Origin: Phreatobacter sp. | Lineage (GTDB): Bacteria; Pseudomonadota; Alphaproteobacteria; Rhizobiales; Phreatobacteraceae | Assembly: GCF_030691135.1 (NCBI RefSeq) | Contig: NZ_JAUYFA010000058.1 | Coordinates: 1,620 to 65,619, forward strand | Direction: 5' to 3' | DNA: 64,000 bases | Shown here: positions 44,701-53,722 of the stretch, one piece after another | Layout of the letters: every line of letters begins with the position of its first letter | Numbering within the stretch: position 1 is the stretch's first letter | Made by a program: the position numbers and the translations under genes | Notes under the pieces: model-generated | The model's input: the letters and a program-made list of their open reading frames with translations, nothing else | Databases searched by the model: none | What the model was told of the DNA's origin: nothing

Positions 44701-45114
44701 CGGCCTGCGCGGGATGCCGGCGAGATAGCGCTCGAAATGGGCTTCAGTCGGCTCGATGGCGAGGTACGGCGCCAGTTCCTCGGCGAGAGCCGGCGCATAG
44801 GTGAAGGGGAACGTGTCGGCGTAGCTTTCGATGAAGAAGTCGAAGGGATTGACCACCGCCATGTCGGCGACGAGGTCGACGGTCACCGAGAATTCGGTCG
44901 TCTTCTCGGGGAAGACGAAACGCGCCAGCCAGTTGCCGTGCGGGTCCTGCTGCCAGTTCACGAAATGCTGCTCGGGAACCACCTTGAGCGAGTAGCTGGG
45001 AATGGTGGTGCGGCTGTGCGGCGCGGGTCGCAGGCGGATCACTTGCGGGCCCAGCGTGACCGGACGGTCGTAGAGGTAGCGCGTGACGTGATGCAGCTTT
45101 GCGAGAATGGCCAT
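41794..45114 (-). CDS. large transglutaminase-family protein with DUF2126 C-terminal region
   Basis: 1106 aa. N-terminal Bact_transglu_N plus a core with an intact triad ([26 protein letters not shown]). The remainder ([37 protein letters not shown]) is typical of DUF2126. Confidence 0.85.
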   Translation of the reverse strand: MAILAKLHHVTRYLYDRPVTLGPQVIRLRPAPHSRTTIPSYSLKVVPEQHFVNWQQDPHGNWLARFVFPEKTTEFSVTVDLVADMAVVNPFDFFIESYADTFPFTYAPALAEELAPYLAIEPTEAHFERYLAGIPRRPTQTIDFLVALNQQLQQDIRYIVRMEPGVQTPDETLENASGSCRDSAWLLVQLARRLGLAARFVSGYLIQLKPDLKALDGPAGTEKDFTDLHAWTEIYIPGAGWVGLDPTSGLLCGEGHIPLAATPHYRSAAPISGAVEPAEVSFVFDMRVDRIDERPRVTAPFSDEAWQRLDALGDRVDADLVAADVRLTMGGEPTFISIDDYEGEEWNTAAVGPTKRERADVLIRRLRDTFAPGGFLHYGQGKWYPGESLPRWTFALYWRRDGKPVWRDETLIAREAAATPATIDGAGALAAGIAEKLGLDGEAALPAYEDPAHWVIKEAELPVNVDALDSKLEDPEARARIARVFARGLTHPSGFVLPIQRWNAAPATSNWMTEKWKLKREKLFLVPGDSPVGYRLPLGSLPYVPPAAYPYVVAADPWTVPAELPDPHDIEGRITQRVSVEREREAERTDQVEQVLTEDNSVRTALAVEPRDGKLCVFMPPTERLEDYLELLAATEATAKELGLTVHVEGYPPPTDPRLNVIKVTPDPGVIEVNVHPAASWRECVAITQGLYEEARLARLGTEKFMVDGRHTGTGGGNHVVVGGARPADSPFLRRPDLLKSLVLYWQRHPSLSYLFSGLFIGPTSQAPRVDEARHDGLYELEIAMAMVPKPGEGAAPAPWLVDRLFRNLLVDSTGNTHRTELCIDKLFSPDSPSGRLGLVEFRGFEMPPDPRMSLAQQLLIRALVAWFWKEPQDGGLARWGTALHDRFMLPHFVWEDFLGVLGDLGRAGYAFDPAWFEAQFEFRFPLAGQVDHAGVRMEIRQALEPWHVLGEEGAIGGTVRFVDSSVERLQVRLVGLQPERHTVTCNGRPVPLTATGRSGEFVGGVRFKAWQPPSGLQPTIPVHAPLTFDIVDVWSRRSMGGCVYHVAHPGGRSYDTFPVNAYEAEARRRARFQDHGHTPGLVDPPRGERSGEFPATLDLRRPPVH

Positions 45115-45265
45115 GGTGATGATCGGTAAAGGGTGACGACCGGCCGGTCAAAGGCAGAGATGGGGACGCACGCTGCCGGACAAGCAAAGACTGCGCCGCC
45201 GTCCTCCCTCCGGAGGGCTTTCCAGCCCCGGCGAAGCGACCCATAACCACGTCCGCTGGAGAACC

Positions 45266-46438
45266 ATGATGCCGCTGACCATCCCGGACGCCAACGACCA
45301 TGCCGACCTCAGGGACGCCGTCCGCGACCTGTGCGGACGCTATGACGACGCCTACTGGCGCGGCATCGACGAGGAGCGCGGCTATCCTGAGGCCTTCACC
45401 GAGGAGCTGACGCGGGCCGGGTGGCTCGCCGCCCTCATCCCGGCCGAATATGGCGGCTCGGGCCTCGGGCTGACGGAAGCCTCCATCATCATGGAGGAGA
45501 TCAACCGTTCCGGCGGCAATTCCGGTGCCGTCCACGGCCAGATGTACAATATGGGCACGATCCTGCGCGGCGGCTCCGATGAGCAGAAGGCGCGCTACCT
45601 GCCCAAGATCGCGGCGGGCGAACTGCGCCTGCAGAGCATGGCCGTGACCGAGCCGACGACCGGCACGGATACGACGAAGCTGAAGACGACGGCGGTCCGC
45701 AAGGGCGACCGCTACGTCATCAATGGCCAGAAGGTCTGGACCAGCCGGGTCCAGCATTCCGATCTCATGGTGCTGCTCGCCCGCACGACACCGATCGACC
45801 AGGTCCGCAAGAAGTCCGACGGCCTGTCGGTGTTCCTCGTCGACCTGCGCGAGGCGATCGGGCGCGGCATGACGGTCCGCCCCATCCGCAACATGGTCAA
45901 CCACGAGACCAACGAGGTCTTCTTCGACGATCTCGAGATCCCGGCCGAGAACCTCATCGGCGAGGAGGGCAGGGGCTTCAAGACGATCCTCTCCGGCCTC
46001 AACGCGGAGCGCACGCTGATCGCCGCCGAATGTATCGGCGACGGCTACTGGTTCATCGAGCGCGCCCGCAAATACGGCTCCGAGCGGATCGTCTTCGACC
46101 GCCCGATCGCGCAGAACCAGGGCATCCAGTTCCCCATCGCACGGGCCTATGTGAACATCCGCGCCGCCGACCTCATGCGCTTTCAGGCCGCCGCCCTCTG
46201 CGATGCCGGCGCGGAATTCGGCGCCGAGGCGAACATGGCCAAGCTGCTGGCGGCGGATGCCTCCTTCGAGGCGGCCAATGCCTGCATCCAGACCCATGGC
46301 GGGTTCGGCTTCGCGGCCGACTATGACATCGAGCGCAAGTTCCGCGAAACGCGGCTCTACCAGGTGGCGCCGATCTCCACCAACCTGATCCTCGCCTATG
46401 TCGGCGAGCATGTGCTCGGCATGCCACGGTCATACTAG
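45266..46438 (+). CDS. acyl-CoA dehydrogenase family protein
   Basis: 390 aa. AVTEPTTGTDTT, INGQKVWTS and a C-terminal region with the catalytic-Glu context (YDIERKFRETRLYQVAPISTN). SD GGAGAA. Confidence 0.88.
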   Translation: MMPLTIPDANDHADLRDAVRDLCGRYDDAYWRGIDEERGYPEAFTEELTRAGWLAALIPAEYGGSGLGLTEASIIMEEINRSGGNSGAVHGQMYNMGTILRGGSDEQKARYLPKIAAGELRLQSMAVTEPTTGTDTTKLKTTAVRKGDRYVINGQKVWTSRVQHSDLMVLLARTTPIDQVRKKSDGLSVFLVDLREAIGRGMTVRPIRNMVNHETNEVFFDDLEIPAENLIGEEGRGFKTILSGLNAERTLIAAECIGDGYWFIERARKYGSERIVFDRPIAQNQGIQFPIARAYVNIRAADLMRFQAAALCDAGAEFGAEANMAKLLAADASFEAANACIQTHGGFGFAADYDIERKFRETRLYQVAPISTNLILAYVGEHVLGMPRSY

Positions 46439-46534
46439 ACCTGCGCTGAAATGCGCCCGCGGTCGCCCGTTTGGCCTTGACGTGACAGGTGTTTTCCGGC
46501 CTTCGATGGGTGCACACCCTGGCCGGGGACAACC

Positions 46535-47467
46535 GTGCAGCTTTACCTTCCGATCGCCGAATTGCCCGTCAACATGCTCCTCATCCTGGGCATGGGGCTG
46601 GCGATCGGCTTCATCTCCGGCATGTTCGGCGTCGGCGGCGGTTTCCTGCTGACACCGCTCCTCATCTTCATCGGCATACCGCCCGCCATCGCCGTCGCCA
46701 GCGTCTCCGGCCAGATCGCCGCCTCGTCCCTGTCGGGCACCCTGAGCTATTGGCGCAAGAATGCGGTGGATCCGAAACTGGTCGGTGTGCTGCTGATCGG
46801 CAGCGCCTTCGGCACGGCCGGCGGTGTCGCCGCCTTCTCGCTCCTCAGACGCGAAGGACAGCTCGACCTCTTCATCGCCCTGTCCTACGTCACGCTGCTC
46901 AGCGGCATCGGCATGCTGATGGTGGTCGAGAGCGGCCGGGCCATCGCCCGTTCGCGCTCGGGGGAGCCGCCGAAGCTGCTGCCGGCCCGGGATCGCAGGG
47001 TCGGCACCGGGCTGCCCTTCGTCATGCATTTCCCGCGGTCGCGCATCACCGTCTCGGCGATCCCGGTCGTCGGCATCGGGCTCGGGATCGGCTTCCTCGG
47101 TTCGATCATGGGGATCGGCGGCGGCTTTCTTCTCGTGCCGGCGCTCGTCTATCTCCTTCGGGTCTCGACGGCGGTGGTGATCGGCACGTCGAGCCTGCAG
47201 ACGCTGGTGACCATGCTGATGGCGGTGGTCTTCCATGCCGCCACCAACGCCTCGGTGGACGTCGTCCTCGCCCTCCTGTTGATGATCGGCGGCGTCGTCG
47301 GCGCCCAGTTCGGCGCCCGCACATCGCTGTCGATGAAGGGCGAGGAACTGCGCCTGCTGCTCGGTCTCGTCGTGCTCGCGGTCGGAATGCGCTTCCTCAT
47401 CGATCTCGTCGTTCGGCCCGACGACCCCTTCTCCAGCACGGTTTTGGAATGGGTGGTGCGGGTATGA
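46535..47467 (+). CDS. TauE/SafE-family anion exporter membrane protein
   Basis: Polytopic protein with duplicated G(M/I)FGVGGGFLL / IMGIGGGFLLVP motifs. The start is GTG 46535 or ATG 46574. Confidence 0.8.
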   Translation: MQLYLPIAELPVNMLLILGMGLAIGFISGMFGVGGGFLLTPLLIFIGIPPAIAVASVSGQIAASSLSGTLSYWRKNAVDPKLVGVLLIGSAFGTAGGVAAFSLLRREGQLDLFIALSYVTLLSGIGMLMVVESGRAIARSRSGEPPKLLPARDRRVGTGLPFVMHFPRSRITVSAIPVVGIGLGIGFLGSIMGIGGGFLLVPALVYLLRVSTAVVIGTSSLQTLVTMLMAVVFHAATNASVDVVLALLLMIGGVVGAQFGARTSLSMKGEELRLLLGLVVLAVGMRFLIDLVVRPDDPFSSTVLEWVVRV

Positions 47468-48225
47468 GCCGCATCGTCCTCGTCATCTTGGTCCTGCTCA
47501 CGGTCGTGCCCGCCCGGGCCGAGACGATGATCACCTCGCTCTCCACCCACCGGCTGCAGATCACGTCCAATTTCGTCGGATCCGAGATCGTCCTGTTCGG
47601 CTCGATCGAGCGCGATGCGCAGACGATCTCCCGTCCCGGCGGCTATGACATGGCCGTCGTCGTCCGCGGCCCCCGCGCGTTGATGGTCACGCGGCAGAAG
47701 ACCCGCTTCTTCGGCATCTGGGTCAACACCGATTCCCGCCAGTTCGTCGAGATGCCGGCCTTCTATGCGCTGCTGTCGAACAAAGCCGCTGCCGACCTTG
47801 CCGATATTGAATTGCGGGCGCGCCAGCAGATCGGCGTCGACTCGCTCACCGCCATCACCCCACGGCTCGGACCCGATCCCGCGGCGACCCCGGCTTTCCG
47901 CGACGCCCTGCTGCGGATCAACCGCGCCAAGGGTCTCTATCGCGAGAACCCCACCGGCGTGACCTTCCTCACCCCCAACCTGTTTCGTGCCAACATCCCC
48001 ATTGTTCCGAACACGCCGGTCGGTTCTTTCGACGTCGACATCTTCCTGATGTCCGGCGGCGTTATCCTCGCCCGCGAGAGTACGAACTTCGAAGTGACGA
48101 AGACCGGATTCGAGGCCTTCGTCGCCAATGCGGCCCGCGATCACGGTGTTCTTTATGGACTCGCCGCCGCCATGCTCGCCCTGTTCACGGGGTGGGCGGC
48201 GAGCGTCGTCTTCCGGCGCGATTGA
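47464..48225 (+). CDS. TIGR02186-type alphaproteobacterial membrane protein
   Basis: ATGA overlap with the TauE gene. It has a signal peptide, a large periplasmic part and one C-terminal TM segment. I remember this family as a constant partner of TauE-like genes in alphaproteobacteria. Confidence 0.65.
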   Translation: MSRIVLVILVLLTVVPARAETMITSLSTHRLQITSNFVGSEIVLFGSIERDAQTISRPGGYDMAVVVRGPRALMVTRQKTRFFGIWVNTDSRQFVEMPAFYALLSNKAAADLADIELRARQQIGVDSLTAITPRLGPDPAATPAFRDALLRINRAKGLYRENPTGVTFLTPNLFRANIPIVPNTPVGSFDVDIFLMSGGVILARESTNFEVTKTGFEAFVANAARDHGVLYGLAAAMLALFTGWAASVVFRRD

Positions 48226-48290
48226 GATGACCCCCGGGATCGTGTTCTCGCCGGCGGGACGGGCAGCACGATCAAGGCAGGGACGCGCCA

Positions 48291-49613
48291 GTGGGTGATG
48301 ACATCGACACCGGGTGGAACGAAGGGTGGCTCGGCACCCTGTTCCTCTATGGGGCCGGAGCCTTGCTCGCGCTGATCCTCGCAGCGGCGGGCGATCTGGC
48401 CTTGCCCTATGCCACCGGAGCCGGACTCGCCCTGGTGGGAGCCGGCACGTTCGTCCGCCGCCGCCCGCGCGTCCGCGCGCCGATGGAAGACGACGTTATG
48501 GCCCGGCGCGCCGCGCGGCTGACGGACCTCTCGGTCGAGGGCCTCATGGCGGCGCTGCCCGTTCCCGCCATCCTCCTCGACCCGAAACTGGTGGTGCGCA
48601 CCCACAATGCCCGCGCCGCGACACTGCTGCCCAGCCTCAGACGCGGCGAGCCGCTGACTCTGTCGCTCAGAGCGCCCGAAGTGGTCGAGATCGTGCGGCG
48701 CGCCGTTGCCAGCAACAGCCCCCAGGTCATCGATTATTCCGAACGGGTTCCTGTCGCGCGCTGGTTCAGCGTCGAGGCGACGCCGGTCGCCGTCACGCCG
48801 GAAGCGCGGGACGGCGGCCGCGCCGATTTCATCCTCCTGTCCCTTCGCGATCTCACCGAGGAGCGCCGCCTCGAACAGTTGCGGGCCGATTTCGTCGCCA
48901 ATGCCAGCCACGAGCTGCGCACGCCGCTTGCTTCCGTCGTCGGCTTCATCGAGACCATTCAGGGACCCGCCCGCAACGATCCTGACGCCCGCGAGCGGTT
49001 TCTCGGCATCATGCTGGCCCAGGCCCGCCGCATGTCGCGGCTGATCGACGACCTGCTCTCGCTGTCGCGAATCGAGCTCAACGAACATGTTCAGCCCGTC
49101 ACCGTGGTCGACCTGGTGCAGCTGCTGCGCCATGTGCGCGACACGCTGGGGCCCTATGCGAAGGCGCAGGGGGTGTCGGTGGAGATCGAGGCGGGGGAGG
49201 CGACCCTGCCGGTCAAGGGCGATCAGGACGAACTCATCAGGCTCTTCGAGAACCTCGTGCAGAACGCCATCAAATACGGCGCCGAGGGGGGGCGGGTCGA
49301 CATCGCCCTGGCCCGCGAGAACCGGAACGGCCGCGGCGCCGAGGCCGTTGTCAGCGTGCGCGACCATGGCCCGGGCATCCCAACCGAGCATCTGCCGCGT
49401 CTGACCGAGCGATTCTACCGTGTCGACATCGCCTCGAGCCGGGAAAAAGGCGGTACGGGTCTGGGCCTCGCCCTCGTCAAGCACATCCTCAACCGTCACC
49501 GCGGCCGGCTCGCCATCGAGAGCGTCCAGGGCGAGGGGGCGACCTTCACCGTGCGGATCGAGGCCGCCGACCGTGGCGAGGATGCCGGCGCGCCCGTCTC
49601 GACCGCGTCCTGA
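48291..49613 (+). CDS. phoR: phosphate regulon sensor histidine kinase
   Basis: Two N-terminal TM segments, PAS, H-box FVANASHELRTPL, N-box ENLVQNAIKYG and G-boxes DHGPGI / GGTGLGLALV. Neighbours are phoU and phoB. GTG start. Confidence 0.85.
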   Translation: MGDDIDTGWNEGWLGTLFLYGAGALLALILAAAGDLALPYATGAGLALVGAGTFVRRRPRVRAPMEDDVMARRAARLTDLSVEGLMAALPVPAILLDPKLVVRTHNARAATLLPSLRRGEPLTLSLRAPEVVEIVRRAVASNSPQVIDYSERVPVARWFSVEATPVAVTPEARDGGRADFILLSLRDLTEERRLEQLRADFVANASHELRTPLASVVGFIETIQGPARNDPDARERFLGIMLAQARRMSRLIDDLLSLSRIELNEHVQPVTVVDLVQLLRHVRDTLGPYAKAQGVSVEIEAGEATLPVKGDQDELIRLFENLVQNAIKYGAEGGRVDIALARENRNGRGAEAVVSVRDHGPGIPTEHLPRLTERFYRVDIASSREKGGTGLGLALVKHILNRHRGRLAIESVQGEGATFTVRIEAADRGEDAGAPVSTAS

Positions 49614-49697
49614 CGACGCTGTGTGCCGCGATTGCGGATGCGTTCTGCCGCCAATTTGTCGCAACATCGGCAAGGCATTGAAAAAAATACGCAATCG

Positions 49698-49716
49698 GTG
49701 TCATTGATGCGTCACC
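49698..49716 (+). promoter_or_regulatory. Pho-box-like direct repeat upstream of phoU
   Basis: GTGTCAT-TGAT-GCGTCAC has half-sites TGTCA / CGTCA 11 nt apart, about 75 nt upstream of ATG 49788. Confidence 0.35.
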
Positions 49717-49787
49717 TGACGGGCATAGAACCGTCGCGGCGCAGGGTTATTCAACAAGTCCCTTTCGCCCTCTCGCAGGAGCCTGCC

Positions 49788-50495
49788 ATGACCGAACATA
49801 CCGTGAGCGCCTTCGAGAACGACCTCAAAGGCCTGGCACAGCGCGTGGCCGAGATGGGCGGACTGACCGAAAAGCAGATTGTCGGCTGCATCGACGCCCT
49901 CATTCGCAGCGATTTCGAGCTTGCGCGCCAAGTGCGCTCGGTCGATCCGCAGATCGACGCCCTGCAGCGCGAGATCGAGGAACTCGGCATCCTCATCATC
50001 GCCAAGCGCCAGCCGATGGCCGTCGACCTTCGTGAGATCGTCGGTGCCCTGCGCATCGCCTCCGATCTGGAGCGGATCGCCGATCTCGCCAAGAACATCG
50101 CCAAGCGCGTCACCGCGATGAATGGCTCGGTTCCGCTGGCCAAGGTGACCGGCGGCTTCGACGCCATGGCCCGTCTCGCTCTCGAGCGCGTCAAGCAGGT
50201 GCTCGACGCCTATGCCCAGCGTGACGTTGTGGCGGCGCTCGACGTCTGGAAGTCCGACGGCGACATCGACGCGCTTTACAACTCGCTGTTCCGCGAGCTC
50301 CTCACCTACATGCTCGAAGATCCGCGCAATATCGGCTCCTGCACGCATCTCCTGTTCTGCGCGAAGAATCTCGAGCGGATCGGCGATCACGCCACCAACA
50401 TCGCAGAGACCGTTCATTACATGGTCAAGGGCGTCACCTTGCCCGACGAGCGTCCGAAACTCGACACCACGACGATGGCAACGGTCGGCCTCTGA
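49788..50495 (+). CDS. phoU: phosphate signalling complex protein PhoU
   Basis: 235 aa with a duplicated PhoU repeat: E/D-x-x-x-D motifs (ASDLERIADLAKNIA and AKNLERIGDHATNIAE). Confidence 0.92.
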   Translation: MTEHTVSAFENDLKGLAQRVAEMGGLTEKQIVGCIDALIRSDFELARQVRSVDPQIDALQREIEELGILIIAKRQPMAVDLREIVGALRIASDLERIADLAKNIAKRVTAMNGSVPLAKVTGGFDAMARLALERVKQVLDAYAQRDVVAALDVWKSDGDIDALYNSLFRELLTYMLEDPRNIGSCTHLLFCAKNLERIGDHATNIAETVHYMVKGVTLPDERPKLDTTTMATVGL

Positions 50496-50525
50496 TCGCA
50501 GCACCGGGCAAACAAGGACATCTCC

Positions 50526-51230
50526 ATGACCGCACGCATTCTGGTGGTCGAGGACGAGGAGCCGATCACGGTTCTTCTGCGCTACAATCTGGAAGCCGAG
50601 GGCTATCAGGTCGAAGTCGTCGGCCGCGGTGACGAGGCCGAGGTGCGGCTTCGCGAAGCGGTTCCCGACCTTGTCCTTCTCGACTGGATGTTGCCTGGCC
50701 TGTCCGGCATCGAACTGTGCCGCCGCATCCGCCTGCGCCCCGAGACCGAGCGTCTGCCGGTGATCATGCTCACCGCCCGCGGTGAAGAGGGCGAACGGGT
50801 GAGGGGGCTCGCCATCGGTGCCGACGACTATGTGGTCAAGCCGTTCTCCGTTCCGGAACTGCTGGCACGGGTCCGTGCGCTCTTGCGCCGTGCCAAGCCT
50901 GAACACCTGTCGAGCCTCCTGAAGTCGGGAGACATCGAGCTGGACCGCGAGACCCGCCGCGTTCATCGCGCCGGTCGCGAAATCAACCTCGGCCCGACCG
51001 AGTTCAGGCTGCTCGAATTCCTGATGCAGTCACCCGGCCGTGTCTACACGCGCGAACAGCTGCTCGACGGCGTCTGGGGCCGCGACGTCTATATCGACGA
51101 GCGCACCGTGGACGTCCATATCGGCCGGCTGCGCAAGGCGGTGAAGCGCGGCCGCGAGGCGGACCCGATCCGCACGGTCCGCGGCTCCGGCTACTCGTTC
51201 AACGAGCGCTTTGCCGGCGTGGCAGCCTGA
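50526..51230 (+). CDS. phoB: phosphate regulon response regulator
   Basis: Receiver domain (ILVVEDEE...LVLLDWMLPGLSG...MLTARGEE) plus an OmpR-type winged helix (LGPTEFRLLEFLM...VDVHIGRLRK). Confidence 0.92.
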   Translation: MTARILVVEDEEPITVLLRYNLEAEGYQVEVVGRGDEAEVRLREAVPDLVLLDWMLPGLSGIELCRRIRLRPETERLPVIMLTARGEEGERVRGLAIGADDYVVKPFSVPELLARVRALLRRAKPEHLSSLLKSGDIELDRETRRVHRAGREINLGPTEFRLLEFLMQSPGRVYTREQLLDGVWGRDVYIDERTVDVHIGRLRKAVKRGREADPIRTVRGSGYSFNERFAGVAA

Positions 51231-51236
51231 TCGGCG

Positions 51237-53054
51237 TCACGCCTCGAGGCTTTCCTTCAGCATTTCAAGTTCCAGCCAGCGGTCCTCGGCGGCAGACATG
51301 TCGCCCTGCGCCTTGGTCATCGACGCACTCGCGCGGTCGAAGGCGGCGCGGTCGCGCGCATAGAGTGCGGGATCGGCGAGGATCGCCTGCAGCTTTGCGA
51401 TGTCGCGCTGCAGCGCTTCCATCCGCGCCGGCAGCGTGTCGAGGTCGTGCTTGTCCTTGAACGACATCTTGCGGCGGGTTGGCTCGGCCTGCGGCTCGGT
51501 CCTGACTGCTGTCGGTGACGTCGCCTCGCCCTTGGCGGCCCTCGCGACGGTGCGCGCCGCGATCCCCGCACCGCGCTGGTTCAGCATGTCGGAATAGCCG
51601 CCGGCATATTCCACCCAGCGCCCGTTCCCCTCGCTGACGAGCACCGAGGTACAGACCCGGTCGAGGAAGTCGCGGTCATGCGAGACGAGAATGACCGTGC
51701 CGGGAAAGTCCGTGAGCATTTCCTGCAGCAGGTCGAGCGTCTCGAGGTCGAGATCGTTGGTCGGCTCGTCGAGCACCAGCACATTGGCGGGCGAGGCGAG
51801 CGCCCGCGCGAGCAGCAGGCGACCGCGCTCGCCGCCCGACAGGACGCCGACCGGCGTGCCCTTCTGCTCCGGCGAGAAGAGGAAGTCCTTCATGTAGCCG
51901 ATGACATGGCGGTTCTCGCCGTTGATGGTGACATAGTCGCCGCGCCCGCGCGTCAGGGCCTCCGTCAGCGGCATGGCGGGATCGAGGTCCTCGCGCTTCT
52001 GGTCGAGCGTCGCCATGGCGAGGTTGGTGCCGAGGTCGATCGTGCCGGAATCGGGAGCCAGCGTCCCCGTCAGCAACTGGACCAGCGTCGTCTTGCCAGC
52101 GCCATTCGGCCCGACAATGCCGAGCCGGTCACCGCGCAGGATCCGGATCGTCAGATCGTCGACGATCGTCCGGTCGCCGTAGTGCTTGGAAATGCCGCGG
52201 GCCTCGACGACGCGCTTGCCCGAGACTTCCGCCTCGCTCACGGTCATCGACACCGTGCCGACCGCCTTGCGGTGCTCGCGGAAATCCTTGCGCAGGGCAT
52301 GGAGGTTCCCGAGACGGCGGACGTTGCGCTTGCGCCGGGCCGAGACGCCATAGCGCAGCCAGTGTTCCTCGCGGGCGATCTGCCGGTCGAGCTTGTGCTG
52401 ATCCTTCTCCTCCTGCTCCAGCACCTCGTCGCGCCAGGCCTCGAAATGGCCGAAGCCCTTGTCGAGGCGCCGCGTCGTGCCGCGGTCGAGCCAGACCGTG
52501 GCGCGCGACAGCGTCTCGAGGAAGCGGCGGTCATGGCTGATCATGACGATGGCGCAGGAGAGGCGTCGCAGCGTCTTCTCCAGCCACTCGATGGCGGGAA
52601 GGTCGAGATGGTTGGTCGGCTCGTCGAGAATCAGGATGTCGGGTTCCGGCGCGATGGCATGGGCCAGCGCCGCGCGCTTGGCCTCGCCCCCCGAGAGCGA
52701 GGTTGTGCCCTCCTCGCCGGTCAGGCCTAGGTCTTCCAGCAGCATGCGCGCGCGATAGGGGTCGTCGCTCGGCCCGAGCCCGCTTTCGACATAGGCGAGC
52801 GTCGTCGGGAAGGCGGAAAGGTCCGGCTCCTGCAGGAGATAGCGGATCGTCGCGCCCGGCTGGGCGAAACGGCTGCCGCCGTCCGTCTCGATCAGGCCGG
52901 CGGCGATCTTGAGCAGCGTCGACTTGCCCGAGCCGTTGCGGCCGACCAAGGCGAGCCGGTCGCCGGCCTCGACGGAGAGGTTCGCCGCGGTCAGCAGCGG
53001 CGTGCCGCCGAAGGTCAGGGCGATGTCTTGGAGTTGCAGAAGGGGAGGAGCCAT
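51237..53054 (-). CDS. uup: ABC-F family ATPase with C-terminal coiled coil
   Basis: Two ABC cassettes (GRNGSGKST / LSGGEAKR; GPNGAGKTT / LSGGERGR) and the Uup-type tail (SFKDKHDLDTLPARMEALQRDIAKLQAILADPALY). Starts at ATG 53054. Confidence 0.85.
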   Translation of the reverse strand: MAPPLLQLQDIALTFGGTPLLTAANLSVEAGDRLALVGRNGSGKSTLLKIAAGLIETDGGSRFAQPGATIRYLLQEPDLSAFPTTLAYVESGLGPSDDPYRARMLLEDLGLTGEEGTTSLSGGEAKRAALAHAIAPEPDILILDEPTNHLDLPAIEWLEKTLRRLSCAIVMISHDRRFLETLSRATVWLDRGTTRRLDKGFGHFEAWRDEVLEQEEKDQHKLDRQIAREEHWLRYGVSARRKRNVRRLGNLHALRKDFREHRKAVGTVSMTVSEAEVSGKRVVEARGISKHYGDRTIVDDLTIRILRGDRLGIVGPNGAGKTTLVQLLTGTLAPDSGTIDLGTNLAMATLDQKREDLDPAMPLTEALTRGRGDYVTINGENRHVIGYMKDFLFSPEQKGTPVGVLSGGERGRLLLARALASPANVLVLDEPTNDLDLETLDLLQEMLTDFPGTVILVSHDRDFLDRVCTSVLVSEGNGRWVEYAGGYSDMLNQRGAGIAARTVARAAKGEATSPTAVRTEPQAEPTRRKMSFKDKHDLDTLPARMEALQRDIAKLQAILADPALYARDRAAFDRASASMTKAQGDMSAAEDRWLELEMLKESLEA

Positions 53055-53125
53055 GGCCCGCCGTCTAGCATCCTTGGACGAGCTGTGCACGCTGGGACCT
53101 GACGATTCTCCTGCCGGGGCCTGTC

Positions 53126-53719
53126 ATGCGCATGCTGGTGATCTACTGCCATCCCTGTCCCGAGAGCTTCACCGCCGCCCTGCGCGACCGGGCGCTGGCC
53201 GCCCTCGCCGCAGCGGGTCACGAGATCAGGCTGATCGATCTCTACGGCGAGGGTTTCGATCCCGTCATGGATGCCGGTGAGCGGCGCGCCTATCACACCG
53301 CCGGCGCCAACGAGGCGCCCGTCGCCGCCCATCTCGACGCCCTGCGCTGGGCGGAAGGGCTGCTCTTCGTCTATCCGACCTGGTGGTACGGGCTGCCGGC
53401 CATGCTGAAGGGCTGGCTCGACCGCGTCTGGGTGCCGCATGCGACTTTCACCATGCCCGAGGCCGGCAAGCCGATCGGCCGCGTGCTGACGCAGATCCGC
53501 TTCATCGGTGCGGTCTCGACGCTCGGCTCGCCCTGGTGGTGGTGGCGTCTCGTGATGTCTGAGCCCGGCCGCCGGACCCTGCTCCGCGGCCTCCGCCCCC
53601 TCGTCGCCCCGCGCTGCCGCACGCTGTGGCTGGGGCTGCACGGCATCGACGGTGCCGGTACCGACCTGCGCACAGGATTTCTGCAGAAGGTCGAGCGCCG
53701 GCTCGCGGCGCTGCGCTGA
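53126..53719 (+). CDS. NAD(P)H dehydrogenase (quinone)-like, flavodoxin-like fold (Flavodoxin_2)
   Basis: MLVIYCHPCPESF...DLYGEGFDPVM...FVYPTWWYGLPAMLKGWLDRV. Paralog of 28712-29296. Confidence 0.75.
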   Translation: MRMLVIYCHPCPESFTAALRDRALAALAAAGHEIRLIDLYGEGFDPVMDAGERRAYHTAGANEAPVAAHLDALRWAEGLLFVYPTWWYGLPAMLKGWLDRVWVPHATFTMPEAGKPIGRVLTQIRFIGAVSTLGSPWWWWRLVMSEPGRRTLLRGLRPLVAPRCRTLWLGLHGIDGAGTDLRTGFLQKVERRLAALR

Positions 53720-53722
53720 GCC

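Noticed and set aside
45138-45149. The 12-bp perfect palindrome GACCGGCCGGTC in the divergent region between the DUF2126 operon and the acyl-CoA dehydrogenase gene, considered as an operator.
   Set aside because: It is a pure GC-rich palindrome built from CCGG cores. Such sequences are expected by chance in DNA of this composition, and no regulator gene is nearby.
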